Of a DNA stretch of 64,000 nucleotides, positions 1 to 9,707 are shown piece by piece. Each line of letters starts with the position of its first letter. Position 1 is the first letter of the stretch. The position numbers and the translations under genes were made by a program. Under the pieces are notes generated by a model, which did not search any database, was not told the origin of the DNA, and was given only the letters and a program-made list of their open reading frames with translations. The DNA comes from an uncultured Actinomycetota bacterium (lineage in GTDB: Bacteria > Actinomycetota > Actinomycetes > Propionibacteriales > Nocardioidaceae): the NCBI GenBank assembly GCA_963723945.1, contig CAVRSW010000025.1, positions 6,962 to 70,961 of the forward strand. Direction: 5' to 3'.

Positions 1-140
1 TCCTCACCCCGGGGGTCGCAGCCCGCCTCGAGGTCCATGGACCACCCGACCGCGAACTGGGCCACCACCAGCGCGACCGTCAACCAGTGGAGTCCCTTCG
101 TGACCAGGCCGTAGCCGTCCGGTCCGGTCCGCCAGCGCAT
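1..140 (-). CDS. Cytochrome b561-family membrane protein, N-terminal part (runs off window start)
   Basis: Manual translation from ATG at 140 gives MRWRTGPDGYGLVTKGLHWLTVALVVAQFAVGW, with the typical YGxxxxxLHW start of cyt b561. A TAGCAT -10 lies 6 nt upstream (leaderless). Not in the supplied ORF track. Confidence 0.7.
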   Translation of the reverse strand, partial: MRWRTGPDGYGLVTKGLHWLTVALVVAQFAVGWSMDLEAGCDPRGE

Positions 141-158
141 GGCGACATGCTAGGGGGC

Positions 159-668
159 TCAGTAGTAGCCGGTCTCGCCGTCCAGCAGCTCGCGGACCAG
201 GTCGAGGTGGCCGGCGTGCCGGGCGGTCTCCTCGAGCATGTGGAGCAGCATCCAGCCCAGCGACGAGCCCGCCGAGGGGAACTGGCCGCCCGTGCCGAGG
301 TCGTCGAGGTCGTGGGCCCCGATCACCTCGTCGCTGCGCCGGCACTGCGCGTCGTACGCCGCCAGCACCTCGGCGAGCGACCGATCACCGACTGCGAACT
401 CGGAGTCGTCGACGCCGTCCCAGCCCGGGCCCTGGACGTCGCGGCCCAGGAAGGCGTGCTCGAACCACAGCTGCTCGGCCCAGGTCAGGTGGGACACGAT
501 CCCGGCGGCGGTCATCAGCGGGGACGTCGGGATCACGCTGCGGCGGGCGTCCTCGTCGGAGAGACCCTCGCACTTGAGGACGACGATCCCGCGCTGCAGG
601 TCGTACCAGCCGAGCAGCGCGGTGCGCTGGTCGGAGGCGAAGGCAGGACGCTCGCGGATGGGTGGCAC
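159..668 (-). CDS. DinB/DUF664 family protein
   Basis: HLTWAEQLW and WMLLHMLEETARHAGHLDLVRELLDG motifs (DinB His triad). Confidence 0.85.
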   Translation of the reverse strand: MPPIRERPAFASDQRTALLGWYDLQRGIVVLKCEGLSDEDARRSVIPTSPLMTAAGIVSHLTWAEQLWFEHAFLGRDVQGPGWDGVDDSEFAVGDRSLAEVLAAYDAQCRRSDEVIGAHDLDDLGTGGQFPSAGSSLGWMLLHMLEETARHAGHLDLVRELLDGETGYY

Positions 669-673
669 GGCGG

Positions 674-1258
674 TCAGCCTCGCGGCGGCGACGCGTCGGG
701 CGCAAGCGGACCGCCCGCGAGCCGCGGATGGGTGCCGGGTCGGGTGCGGCCGTAGCGGCCGCGGTAGTAGAGCAGCGCGTCCTCGGCGTCCGTCGCCCCC
801 AGGCCGACCACCCGGCCCACCACCAGCAGGTGGTCGCCGGCGTCGTGGACGGACTCCGTGCGACAGTCGACGTGGCCGAGCCCACCGGCCAGCAGCGGGG
901 ACCCGGTGACGGGCGACGGGCTCCAGTCGACGTCGCGGAACCGGTCACCGCCCCGGGCGGCCATCCGCTCCGAGAGCCACTCCTGGTCGGCATCGAGCAG
1001 GTTGACGCAGAACTTCCCCGAGGCCTCGATCGTGGGCCAGGCCCGGGCGCCGCGCCCGGTGGAGAACAGCACCAGCGGCGGGGCGAGCGACACGGAGAGG
1101 AAGCCCTGCACGGTCATGCCGACCGGGCCGGCATCACCGGTCGCCGTCACCACCGTCACGCCGGTGGCGAACCGCGACAGGACGTCGCGGAAGCGGGACG
1201 CGGTGATCGCGACGTCCCCCTCCCCGTCTCCGGCATGCACGGTCGGCAAGTCTGGCAC
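674..1258 (-). CDS. Flavin reductase family protein (HpaC/RutF-like)
   Basis: FRDVLSRFATGVTVVT, SVSLAPPLV and DAGDHLLVVGRV motifs. Start trimmed to GTG 1258; the longer 448-aa ORF runs into the luxR gene. Confidence 0.85.
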   Translation of the reverse strand: MPDLPTVHAGDGEGDVAITASRFRDVLSRFATGVTVVTATGDAGPVGMTVQGFLSVSLAPPLVLFSTGRGARAWPTIEASGKFCVNLLDADQEWLSERMAARGGDRFRDVDWSPSPVTGSPLLAGGLGHVDCRTESVHDAGDHLLVVGRVVGLGATDAEDALLYYRGRYGRTRPGTHPRLAGGPLAPDASPPRG

Positions 1259-1314
1259 GGCCGCGTGCGCCCCGGCCCGGCGGTGCGCGGGCCGGGCCGA
1301 GGATCCGCCACCCG

Positions 1315-4203
1315 TCAGTCCACCCGGTCCAGGGAGGTCACCCACGTCGCGATCTCGGAGCGGCGGCCGAGGCCGAGCTTGGCGCTGATGTGCTCCAGGT
1401 GGGAGCCCGCCGTACGGACCGTGATGCGCAGCTGCTCGGCGATCTCGCGGTTGGTGAGCCCCTGGGACACCAGCCGCGCCACCTCGAGCTCGCGGAGCGT
1501 CAGCGGCGACCAGGGCTGGACGGCGTCGTGCTCGTCGAGGCGCGACCCCAGCTGGTCGCACGCGTCGAGCAGCGCGGTCGCGCCCTGCGCGGACGCGTCC
1601 GTACGCACCTGCTCCACGAAGCCGCTGGCCTCGGTCCGGCGGTTGGACGCGAGTCCGCACCGGACCAGGTCGAGGGCGCACCACTGGCCATCCCACCATC
1701 GCCCCCGGGAGGTCCACGCGTCGTGGGCCGCGCCGAGCAGCGAGCGCGCCTTGCCGGTCCGGCCGGCGGCGAGGTGCACCAGTCCGGCGGAGTGGTCGAC
1801 CGCCGGGAGGGTGCCGGGGATGCCGCGGGCGCGCAGGTCGGCCGACACCCGGTCGACCCACTCCTGGGCGGCGGCCGGGTCGGGCACGGCGAGCCGGGCC
1901 CTGGTCCCGGTCACCAGCATCGGGAACAGGTTGGCCGCGTCGGTGACCTCGTGGCAGGCGGCGTAGCCGACCTCCGTCAGCTCGACAGCGGTCGGCGCGT
2001 CCCCCTCGAGGAGCCGGCACTCGGCCAGCCCCCAGAGCGCGGGGGCGAAGCGCTGCAGCTCCCCCATCTCGACGCCGGCCTGACGGGCCTCCTCCAGCAG
2101 TCGGGTCGCCTGCGCGAGGTCACCCCGCCCCATCGCCACGAAGCCCGCCACGTGGAGCGCGGTGATCCGGGTGGTGATGCCCCCTTCCTGGTCGTCGAGC
2201 CGCTGCCGCGCCAGCGCAGCAGCCTCGTCCCACCGGCCCACGCACCAGGCGACGTGGGCGCGGTGGCTGGTCATGTAGGCGCGATGGTTCGCCTGCTCGG
2301 TACGGGTGGCGTAGTCGATGCCCTCCGCGAGCCAGTACTCCGCCCGGTCGTACTCGACCAACGTCGACGCCGAGGACCCGATCATGCGGTAGCCCCGCGC
2401 CGCCTCCGCCTCCAGCCGGAGCTCGCGGGCCGTGCGTACCGCACGCTCGAGCTGCTCCCAGCCCTCGTCCATCCGCCCCGCGAACACCAGGACGCTGCCG
2501 AGCGTGGCGGCGGTGTTCACGCGCACCAGCTCGTCCTGCGCCCCCTCCGCCGCGAGCGCCGCCTCGCCCGCCGCGATCGCCTCGTCGAGGCGGTCGTCGA
2601 CCAGGAACGCGGCGGCCCGGGCCGCCAGCAGTGTGGCCCGCACCTGGTGCCGGCGCGGTTCGTGGTCGGGTTCGCCGGGCCCGGCGAGCTGGGCGAGCCC
2701 CGCCTCCAGCAGTGCCAGCCGGGTCGGAAGCGGGTCCCCCAGCAGGTGCCGGGCGGCGACGAGCGACGGCAGCAGCGCGGCCGCCCCCACCCGGTCGCCG
2801 CGGGCGAGGAGGATCGCCCGCGCGCGCTCGTGGTCCGCGGCCGCCTGGGCGTTGTGGTCGGTGGCGGCGGCCTCTGCCGCCCGCCGCACCAGCAGCGGCA
2901 CCAGCCGTGCCTCGTCACCGTCGCGCAGGCAGCGGATCGCCCGGTGGAGCAGGTCGAGGGCCTCGTGGTGGGCCGACAGTGCACTGGCCCGTTCGGCGGC
3001 GGCAGCAGCCGCCGACGACGCCTCGGCCAGCTGGCCGGCGGCCTCGTGGTGCGCCGACCGGTAGCCGTCCCCGCCCAGCTCGGGACGGCGCCGCGCGAGC
3101 TCCGCGACCCGGGCATGCAGGACGCGGCGGGTCGCGAGCGGCGCGGTGCGGCCGATGGCGTCCCGGATCAGGGCGTGGCGGAACCCGAACCATCCGCTCC
3201 CCTCCGCCTGGAAGAACTGTCGCTCGACGAGCTCGTCGACGCTGTCTGCCACCACGAGGTCGGGTTGCTCGACCACGGAGGCGATCAGCTCGAGGTCGAA
3301 GCTGCGGCCGACGACGGCCGCCGCGACCGCCACGTCGCGTGCCGGCGTGGAGAGCACGCCGAACCGCTGGCCGACCGCGTCCGCCAGCGTCTCGGGGACG
3401 TACGACGGATCGGCGGACAGGTGGCCCTGCACCAGCGCCTTCACGAGCTCCTCGACGTGCAGGGGCACGCCGCCCGAGCGCCGCTGCACGAGGTCGACGA
3501 GTGCGGGGGACGCGACACGCTGCGGCAGCAGCTCGGTCACCATCCGCGCCGTCTCCTCGGTGGTCAGCCGGGTGAGCGGGACCTCCTCGGCCATCCGTTG
3601 CAGCAGCAGCCGCGAACGCCACGCGCGTACCGGCAGGTCGGGATCCAGCTCGTCGGTGCGCACCGTCCCGACCACCAGCATCGGCCGCGACCGCAGCCGT
3701 CGGGCGAGGTGCGTGATGACGTCGAGGCTCAGCTCGTCGCACCAGTGCAGGTCCTCCAGGGACAGCAGCACCGGGCCGTCGTCGGCGAGGGCGAGCAGCC
3801 GGGCGACGGCGTCGAGGACGAGCAGTCGTCGCTGGCGGTGTGCGTCGCCGGAGCCGGCCGACGGCGCGGGAAGAGCGCCCAGGTCGTCGACCAGGGCCCG
3901 TCCGACGCCGACGACACCGGGGTCGTCCGCGCGCGACATCGAGTGACCCAGGTCCAGCAGCAGGCCCGCGGTGAGCTCGACGTCCTGCGGGAACGCCGCC
4001 GCACTCCACACGACGAAGCCCCGGGCGGTGGCCAGGTCGTGGAGCGCCTGCAGGAAGCGGGTCTTGCCGATCCCCGCCTCGCCGGTGAGCAGCAGCAGCC
4101 GGCCCTCGCCGGCACCGACGGCGACGACGAGGCGTTCCGCAGCGGTGAGCGGCCCACCCCTCCCGTGCAGCGAGGGCCTGACCAGCTCCGGAGCCCCACC
4201 CAT
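1315..4203 (-). CDS. Large ATP-binding LuxR-family (LAL/STAND) transcriptional regulator
   Basis: Walker A GEAGIGKT, Walker B LEDLHW, TPR-like middle region and C-terminal LuxR HTH (LTLRELEVARLVSQGLTNREIA). ATG at 4203. Confidence 0.9.
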   Translation of the reverse strand: MGGAPELVRPSLHGRGGPLTAAERLVVAVGAGEGRLLLLTGEAGIGKTRFLQALHDLATARGFVVWSAAAFPQDVELTAGLLLDLGHSMSRADDPGVVGVGRALVDDLGALPAPSAGSGDAHRQRRLLVLDAVARLLALADDGPVLLSLEDLHWCDELSLDVITHLARRLRSRPMLVVGTVRTDELDPDLPVRAWRSRLLLQRMAEEVPLTRLTTEETARMVTELLPQRVASPALVDLVQRRSGGVPLHVEELVKALVQGHLSADPSYVPETLADAVGQRFGVLSTPARDVAVAAAVVGRSFDLELIASVVEQPDLVVADSVDELVERQFFQAEGSGWFGFRHALIRDAIGRTAPLATRRVLHARVAELARRRPELGGDGYRSAHHEAAGQLAEASSAAAAAAERASALSAHHEALDLLHRAIRCLRDGDEARLVPLLVRRAAEAAATDHNAQAAADHERARAILLARGDRVGAAALLPSLVAARHLLGDPLPTRLALLEAGLAQLAGPGEPDHEPRRHQVRATLLAARAAAFLVDDRLDEAIAAGEAALAAEGAQDELVRVNTAATLGSVLVFAGRMDEGWEQLERAVRTARELRLEAEAARGYRMIGSSASTLVEYDRAEYWLAEGIDYATRTEQANHRAYMTSHRAHVAWCVGRWDEAAALARQRLDDQEGGITTRITALHVAGFVAMGRGDLAQATRLLEEARQAGVEMGELQRFAPALWGLAECRLLEGDAPTAVELTEVGYAACHEVTDAANLFPMLVTGTRARLAVPDPAAAQEWVDRVSADLRARGIPGTLPAVDHSAGLVHLAAGRTGKARSLLGAAHDAWTSRGRWWDGQWCALDLVRCGLASNRRTEASGFVEQVRTDASAQGATALLDACDQLGSRLDEHDAVQPWSPLTLRELEVARLVSQGLTNREIAEQLRITVRTAGSHLEHISAKLGLGRRSEIATWVTSLDRVD

Positions 4204-4250
4204 CCGACCAGCCTGCCACCGATCCCCGTACGCCGCCCAGTGCCGGCTCC

Positions 4251-4266
4251 TCGGGCATTCTCCCGA
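4251..4266. promoter_or_regulatory. Palindromic candidate operator TCGGG-N6-CCCGA in the luxR/osmC divergent region
   Basis: Inverted repeat tcgggcattctcccga, plus a second palindrome cggggacaccccg at 4364-4376. Confidence 0.3.
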
Positions 4267-4483
4267 TGACCGCTCGGGCGCTGCCACCGGACGCTGGGTC
4301 CGTGGAGAAGCAGCCGTGGTCCCGAGCGAGGGCCGTCCCCGCCCACGACACGGTCGTCGGCTCCGGGGACACCCCGTGCCTTGCCCGGGCGCGGCCGACG
4401 GCGTCGTGAGCGCCGCGGGCTGCGGCCACCCCACACACCCGGCGCCGGACCGACCGGCGCCGACCCACGAGAAGGAGCACCTC

Positions 4484-5056
4484 ATGAGCATCACCACCAC
4501 CCCCGCCCAGCCGCGCAACGGCGTCGACGTCCCGACGCTCTTCGCCACGATCGACGCGGTGAAGGGCGACCCGGAGATCGCCGACTTCCAGTTCCGGGTG
4601 CGCAACCAGTGGCAGGGCGGGACGCACAGCCGGTCGGAGTACCACGACTTCTTCGGCGCGAAGCAGGAGCTGGCGCACGAGCAGGTCACGGTCGTCGAGA
4701 GCGACCACCCCGCCGTCCTGGTCGGCGGCGACCGCGCACCCACCCCCGTGGAGTACCTGCTGCACGCCATCGCGGCATGCCTCACCTCGGGCATCGCCAA
4801 CGTCGCCGCGGCGCGCGGCGTCACGCTCACCCGGGTCAGCTCCACCGTGACCGGGGACATCGACCTGCTCGGCATCCTCGGCCTGTCCGACCACGTCCGC
4901 AACGGCTACCAGAAGCTGCAGGTCACCTTCCACGTCGAGGGTGACGCCGACGACGAGACGCTGCGGGCCATCGTCGAGCAGTCGCGCCGCCGGTCGGCCG
5001 TCTACGACGCGCTGACCAACCCCACACCCGTCCACATCGAGGTCGTCACGGGGTGA
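4484..5056 (+). CDS. OsmC family protein
   Basis: DHPAVLVGGDRAPTPVEYLLHAIAACL motif; SD gaaggag upstream of ATG 4484. Confidence 0.88.
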   Translation: MSITTTPAQPRNGVDVPTLFATIDAVKGDPEIADFQFRVRNQWQGGTHSRSEYHDFFGAKQELAHEQVTVVESDHPAVLVGGDRAPTPVEYLLHAIAACLTSGIANVAAARGVTLTRVSSTVTGDIDLLGILGLSDHVRNGYQKLQVTFHVEGDADDETLRAIVEQSRRRSAVYDALTNPTPVHIEVVTG

Positions 5057-5114
5057 CCCGGACGACCTGCTCGGGCCGGTCCGGCGACCCCGTCGGACCG
5101 GTCCAGAAGGGAAC

Positions 5115-6386
5115 ATGATGAGCAACACGATCGACACGGTGGTGATCGGCGCGGGACATGCCGGCCTGGCCGTCAGCCACCTGCTCGGCCGCGCCGGCCG
5201 CGACCACGTCGTGGTCGACCGCGGCCGCCTCGCCGAGGCCTGGCGGAGCGAGCGATGGGACTCGCTGCGCCTGCTGACCCCGCGCTGGATGACCCGGCTC
5301 CCGGGATGGCGCTACACCGGCCTGGGCCAGGAGGGGTTCATGCCGAGCGGCGAGCTGGTCCGACACCTGGAGCGGTACGCCGCCACGTCGGGGGCCCCGC
5401 TCGAGCTCGGCCGGGAGGTCTTCTCGGTCGCGCGGGCCGGCACCGGCTACCGCGTGGTCGCGGACTCCGCCAGCTGGGTGGCGCGCAACGTGGTCGTGGC
5501 CACCGGCCCGACCGGGCGCCCGCACGTGCCGGCCACCGCCCACGAGCTGCACCCGGACGTCGACCTGCTGCCGGCGCTGCGCTACCGCAACCCCGGCCAG
5601 CTGAAGCCGGGCGGAGTCCTCGTCGTCGGCGCGTCCGCGTCCGGCGTCCAGATCGCCGACGAGCTGGCGCGGGCCGGCCGTCGCGTCGTGCTCGCGTCGG
5701 GCAACCACTCCCGGATGCCCCGGCAGTACCGCGGCATGGACCTCCACTGGTGGCTCGAGCGCACCGGACGCCTGGCCACCACGATCGACACCGTCGGCGA
5801 CCCCCGGCGGGTCCGGGGCGAACCCTCGCTCCAGGTCGCCGGCCGGGCGCCGGACGACCCGCGAGGCGAGGTGGTCGACCTGGCCACCCTCCAGGCGCTC
5901 GGGGTCGAGGTCACCGGACGGCTGCGCGCGTTCGCGGGTGGGGTGGCCACGTTCGCCAGCGACCTCGCGACCACCGTCGGCGAGTCGGAGCGTCGCCAGA
6001 CGCGCTTCCTCGACCTCGTCGACGACCATGTCGCGGCCAGCCACCTCGGGAACGAGGTCGGACCGGCGGTCCGGCCCGAGCCCGTCCCGGTCCCGTTGAC
6101 CCGGCCCCGGATCGACCTCCGGGCCGAGGGGATCGGCACGGTCGTGCTCGCCACGGGCTACGCGCCGCACCACCCGTGGCTCAAGGTGCCGGTCATGGAC
6201 CGGCGCGGCGCCATCCTGCAGCGACGCGGCGCGACCCCGGCCCCGGGGCTGTACGTCGTCGGGCAGCGGTTCCAGCACCGTCGGGACTCGGCGACCCTCG
6301 ACGGGACCCGCCACGACGCGCAGGACGTGGTGGCGGCGATCTGTGCCGACGACAGCGCGGCCCTCCGTGCCCTGGAGCTCCGATGA
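5115..6386 (+). CDS. Flavin-containing monooxygenase (CzcO/FMO-like) oxidoreductase
   Basis: GAGHAG FAD motif, WRSERWDSLRLLTP, second Rossmann motif VLVVGASASGVQIADEL, and LATGY. Confidence 0.85.
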   Translation: MMSNTIDTVVIGAGHAGLAVSHLLGRAGRDHVVVDRGRLAEAWRSERWDSLRLLTPRWMTRLPGWRYTGLGQEGFMPSGELVRHLERYAATSGAPLELGREVFSVARAGTGYRVVADSASWVARNVVVATGPTGRPHVPATAHELHPDVDLLPALRYRNPGQLKPGGVLVVGASASGVQIADELARAGRRVVLASGNHSRMPRQYRGMDLHWWLERTGRLATTIDTVGDPRRVRGEPSLQVAGRAPDDPRGEVVDLATLQALGVEVTGRLRAFAGGVATFASDLATTVGESERRQTRFLDLVDDHVAASHLGNEVGPAVRPEPVPVPLTRPRIDLRAEGIGTVVLATGYAPHHPWLKVPVMDRRGAILQRRGATPAPGLYVVGQRFQHRRDSATLDGTRHDAQDVVAAICADDSAALRALELR

Positions 6387-7567
6387 GCGGCCGCGGTACC
6401 TCCTACGACGTGATCGTGGTGGGCGGCCGGGTCGCCGGCGCCTCCACCGCGATGCTGCTGGCCCGGGCGGGTGCCCGGGTGCTGCTGCTGGAGCGCGGCC
6501 GGTACGGCACCGACACGTTGTCGACGCACGGCCTGATGCGGGCCGGCGTGCTGCAGCTGTCGCGGTGGGGGCTGCTGGACCGCCTCGCCGCGGCCGGCAC
6601 CCCACCGGTGCGGAGCACGACGTTCCGGATCGCCGGGGAGCCACCCCTGGAGATCGCCATCGCCGACCGGGCGGGCGTCGACGCGTTGTACGCCCCGCGC
6701 CGGCACCTGCTCGACCGGCTGCTGGTCGACGCGGCCGCCGAGGCCGGCGCGGAGGTGCGTCACGGCACCCGGGTGACCCGCCTGCTGCACGACTCCCGAA
6801 GCCGGGTCACCGGCGTCGAGATGGTGGACAGCACCGGCGTCGAGACGACGGCGACGGCGACGTACGTCGTGGGCGCCGACGGCATCCGGTCCCTCGTCGC
6901 GGACGGCGCGGGGGCGCGCGTGCTCGAGCGGGGCCGGCACGCCAGCGCGGTCCGCTACGCCTACGTCCGCGGCCTCGACGTCCCGGGCTACGAGTGGGGG
7001 TACGGCAACGGTGCGGCAGCGGGCCTGATCCCCACCGACGACGGCGAGCACTGCCTCTTCGTCGCGACCTCGCCGCACCGCATGCGCACGCTGCGGCTCG
7101 GGCGGTCGGCCGACGAGGTGCTGCACCGCCTGGTGGGACTCGCCGCGCCGGACCTGCTCGGGCCGCTCGGCGGGGCCCGGCGGGTCAGCCGGCACCACGG
7201 CTGGGCGGGCCTCCCGGGTTTCCGGCGCCAGCCGTGGGGGGCCGGGTGGGTGCTCGTGGGCGACGCCGGCTACTACAAGGACCCGATCGGCAGCCACGGC
7301 ATCACCGATGCGCTGCGGGACGCCGAGCTGGTGACCCGCGCGCTCCTCGACGCCCTCGGTGGGCGGGACGAGGGTGCGGCCCTCACCGACTACCACCGCA
7401 CGCGGGACGACGTGTCGCAGCAGCTCCTGGACATCACCGACGCGGTCGCGTCGTACGCGTGGGACACCACCGAGGTGCAGCGGCTGCTGCGCCGGCTCAG
7501 TGCCGCCATGAACGACGAGGTGGAGCTCCTGGAGGCGTTGCCCGCTCCGGCCGGGGCGCTGACCTGA
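6383..7567 (+). CDS. FAD-dependent oxidoreductase/monooxygenase (FAD_binding_3 / FixC-like)
   Basis: GGRVAG, GADGIRS and LVGDAGYYKDPIGSHGITDALRDA motifs; ATGA overlap with the upstream stop. Confidence 0.85.
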   Translation: MSGRGTSYDVIVVGGRVAGASTAMLLARAGARVLLLERGRYGTDTLSTHGLMRAGVLQLSRWGLLDRLAAAGTPPVRSTTFRIAGEPPLEIAIADRAGVDALYAPRRHLLDRLLVDAAAEAGAEVRHGTRVTRLLHDSRSRVTGVEMVDSTGVETTATATYVVGADGIRSLVADGAGARVLERGRHASAVRYAYVRGLDVPGYEWGYGNGAAAGLIPTDDGEHCLFVATSPHRMRTLRLGRSADEVLHRLVGLAAPDLLGPLGGARRVSRHHGWAGLPGFRRQPWGAGWVLVGDAGYYKDPIGSHGITDALRDAELVTRALLDALGGRDEGAALTDYHRTRDDVSQQLLDITDAVASYAWDTTEVQRLLRRLSAAMNDEVELLEALPAPAGALT

Positions 7568-7599
7568 CGGCGACCGGTGACCCCGAGGCCGGCGCGGGG

Positions 7600-8175
7600 T
7601 CAGCGGAAGCCGTCGGCGATCCCCTGCACCCGCGCGAGGTAGCCGTCCCAGTCGTAGTCGCCGGGCAGGTTGGAGTTGTCGGCCCGGAGCCCGACGGCGC
7701 CGTCGATCCCCTCCCGCAGGATGTCCATCTGGCCGGCGTGCCGGTTGGTCTCGGCGATCATGTGGACCAGCAGCCTGCCGAGCGTGACCTGGTTGCGCTC
7801 CGGTGGCCACCACGGCACCGCGCCGTGGTCGTCGAGCTCGTGGTCGGCGAAGGTCCGGGCGGACTCCTCCCAGGCCAGCCTGTAGAGGGCGACGATGTCG
7901 TCCCGCGACTCGTCGGCCCTGGCCACGAGGTCGTCGTGGGGGTCGGCCTCCGGGTCGTCGAACGGCGTCGGGACGGGGAGGTCGCGCCCGAAGCTCGACA
8001 CGAAGTAGCCGAGGTCGACGTAGGCGAGGTGCTTGACCACGCCGAGCAGGTTGGTGCCGGTCGGGGTCAGCGGCCGGCGTACGTCGTAGTCGCTCGCGCC
8101 CTCCAGCTTCCACAGGACCGACTCGCGGATGGTCTGCAGGTAGTCGATCAGGACGTCCTTCTGGGACTGCATCAC
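7600..8175 (-). CDS. DinB/DUF664 family protein
   Basis: RPLTPTGTNLLGVVKHLA and LVHMIAETNRHAGQMDILREGIDG motifs. Confidence 0.88.
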   Translation of the reverse strand: MMQSQKDVLIDYLQTIRESVLWKLEGASDYDVRRPLTPTGTNLLGVVKHLAYVDLGYFVSSFGRDLPVPTPFDDPEADPHDDLVARADESRDDIVALYRLAWEESARTFADHELDDHGAVPWWPPERNQVTLGRLLVHMIAETNRHAGQMDILREGIDGAVGLRADNSNLPGDYDWDGYLARVQGIADGFR

Positions 8176-8561
8176 GCCTCCTTACGGTAGGGGGTCAGCA
8201 CGCAGAACTCGTTGCCCTCGGGGTCGGCGAGCACCGCCCAGCCGCGGTCGGGCGCCGTCCGGCGGTCGTCGACCATGGTGGCGCCGAGGCCGAGGATCCG
8301 CTCGACCTCCTCCTCGCGGCTGCGGTCGGTGGGCCGGACGCACAGGTGCATCCGGTTCTTGACGGTCTTGGGCTCGGGCACCTTGAGGAAGAGCAGGAAG
8401 CGGTCGTCGGGGCCGATCAGGCCCCACTCCTCCATGCCGGGGCCCGCGCCCTCCTCGTCGTCGTGGTCGATGACGAAGTCGTCGAGCACCTGCGCCCACC
8501 AGAGCGTCTGGGCGTAGGGGTCGGCGGCGTCGATGCAGAAGTTGGAAGCGCGGGAGGCCAT
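8172..8561 (-). CDS. VOC/glyoxalase family protein
   Basis: VPEPKTVKNRMHL and WAVLADPEGNEFCV motifs. Confidence 0.88.
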   Translation of the reverse strand: MASRASNFCIDAADPYAQTLWWAQVLDDFVIDHDDEEGAGPGMEEWGLIGPDDRFLLFLKVPEPKTVKNRMHLCVRPTDRSREEEVERILGLGATMVDDRRTAPDRGWAVLADPEGNEFCVLTPYRKEA

Positions 8562-8668
8562 GCCGGCCACCCTGCCACCGGGCACCGACGGCCCGCCAAC
8601 GGAATAGTGCGGCCCGATCCGTGTTGCCCCGGGAGACCGCAGACGGCCCGACCCCAGGAGGAGCAGCA

Positions 8669-9601
8669 GTGCGTGCAGCGATGTTCGAGAGCTACGGCGG
8701 ACCCGAGGTGCTGACGGTGGGTGAGCGTCCCGACCCGGTCGTCGGACCCGATGTCGTGCTGGTCCGGGTGCGGGCCACCAGCGTCAACCCGGTCGACTGG
8801 AAGGTCCGCGAGGGCTTCCTGCAGGAGCGCTACCCCCACCACCTTCCGATCACCCCCGGCTGGGACGTCGCCGGCGTCGTCGAGAAGGTCGGCCCCGCCG
8901 TCGTCACCGGCGTGCGGGAGGGCGACGAGGTGTGGGGTTACGTACGCCGCGACGACATCTCCCACGGCACGGCGGCCGAGCTGGTGGCCGCCCCCGAGCG
9001 CACCGTCTCCCGCAAGCCCGCCGGGCTGTCCTTCGAGGAGGCTGCCAGCGTGCCGCTCGCCGGGTTGACCGCGTGGCAGTCCCTGGCCGAGGCGCTGCAG
9101 GTGTCCGCGGGCGACCGCGTGCTGGTCCACGCCGCCTCGGGCGGAGTCGGCCAGATGGCGGTGCAGGTCGCCGCCGCCCTGGGCGCCGAGGTGATCGGCA
9201 CCGCCTCCCCCGGCAACCACGACCTGGTCCGCGCGCTCGGCGCCACCACCGTGCTCGACCACGGAGCCGGGCCGGTCAGCGAGCAGCTCGCCGGCCTCGG
9301 CGGACCGGTCGACGCCGTGCTGGACCTGGTCGGCGGCGACGCCCTCGCCGACGCCCCCGGCCAGGTCACCGACCCCTCCCGGATCGTGTCGGTGATCGAC
9401 CCGCAGACCGTGATCGGGATGGGCGGCCGCTACGTCTTCGTCCGACCCGACCGAGACCACCTCGACGCGCTCGCGGCTCTGGTCGACGAGGGGAAGCTGC
9501 GGGTGACGGTGGCCCGGACCTTCGACCTCGACGACATCGCCGAAGCGCACCGGCTCTCCCAGGAGGGCCACCCCGGCGGGAAGATCGCGATCCGGGTCTG
9601 A
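8669..9601 (+). CDS. NADP-dependent quinone oxidoreductase (MDR family)
   Basis: YGGPEVL, SVNPVDWK, PLAGLTAWQ, HAASGGVG and GKI motifs; SD aggagg before GTG 8669. Confidence 0.88.
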   Translation: MRAAMFESYGGPEVLTVGERPDPVVGPDVVLVRVRATSVNPVDWKVREGFLQERYPHHLPITPGWDVAGVVEKVGPAVVTGVREGDEVWGYVRRDDISHGTAAELVAAPERTVSRKPAGLSFEEAASVPLAGLTAWQSLAEALQVSAGDRVLVHAASGGVGQMAVQVAAALGAEVIGTASPGNHDLVRALGATTVLDHGAGPVSEQLAGLGGPVDAVLDLVGGDALADAPGQVTDPSRIVSVIDPQTVIGMGGRYVFVRPDRDHLDALAALVDEGKLRVTVARTFDLDDIAEAHRLSQEGHPGGKIAIRV

Positions 9602-9707
9602 GGGCGACGCGATCTGGTCGTCCAGCCGTTGACCGCTGGCACGACGGGGAGAAGACTCGATCCTCCAGGGGCCCGACCCCGGGCTCCGCTCAGGAGGGAG
9701 TGGACCC

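Noticed and set aside
1390-4269. Long antisense or alternative-frame ORFs (for example 1390-4269+, 11698-13809+, 18254-20224+, 34022-36496+, 42416-44332+, 56236-58392+)
   Set aside because: Shadow ORFs of real genes, caused by stop-codon scarcity at high GC; no recognisable motifs and Arg/Pro/Gly-rich or antisense-typical composition.
5255-7567. Apparent long fusions or N-terminal extensions in the ORF track (770-aa FAD protein, 1195-aa LuxR, 810-aa TrxB, 729-aa Dxs, 519-aa SdhC)
   Set aside because: The extensions are low-complexity and overlap neighbouring genes; the internal starts have SD or leaderless promoter support.
8562-8590. PafBC-like promoter before the VOC-DinB pair (CGTCGG-N10-CAGGGT)
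   Set aside because: Both first positions deviate from consensus; too weak at this GC content.
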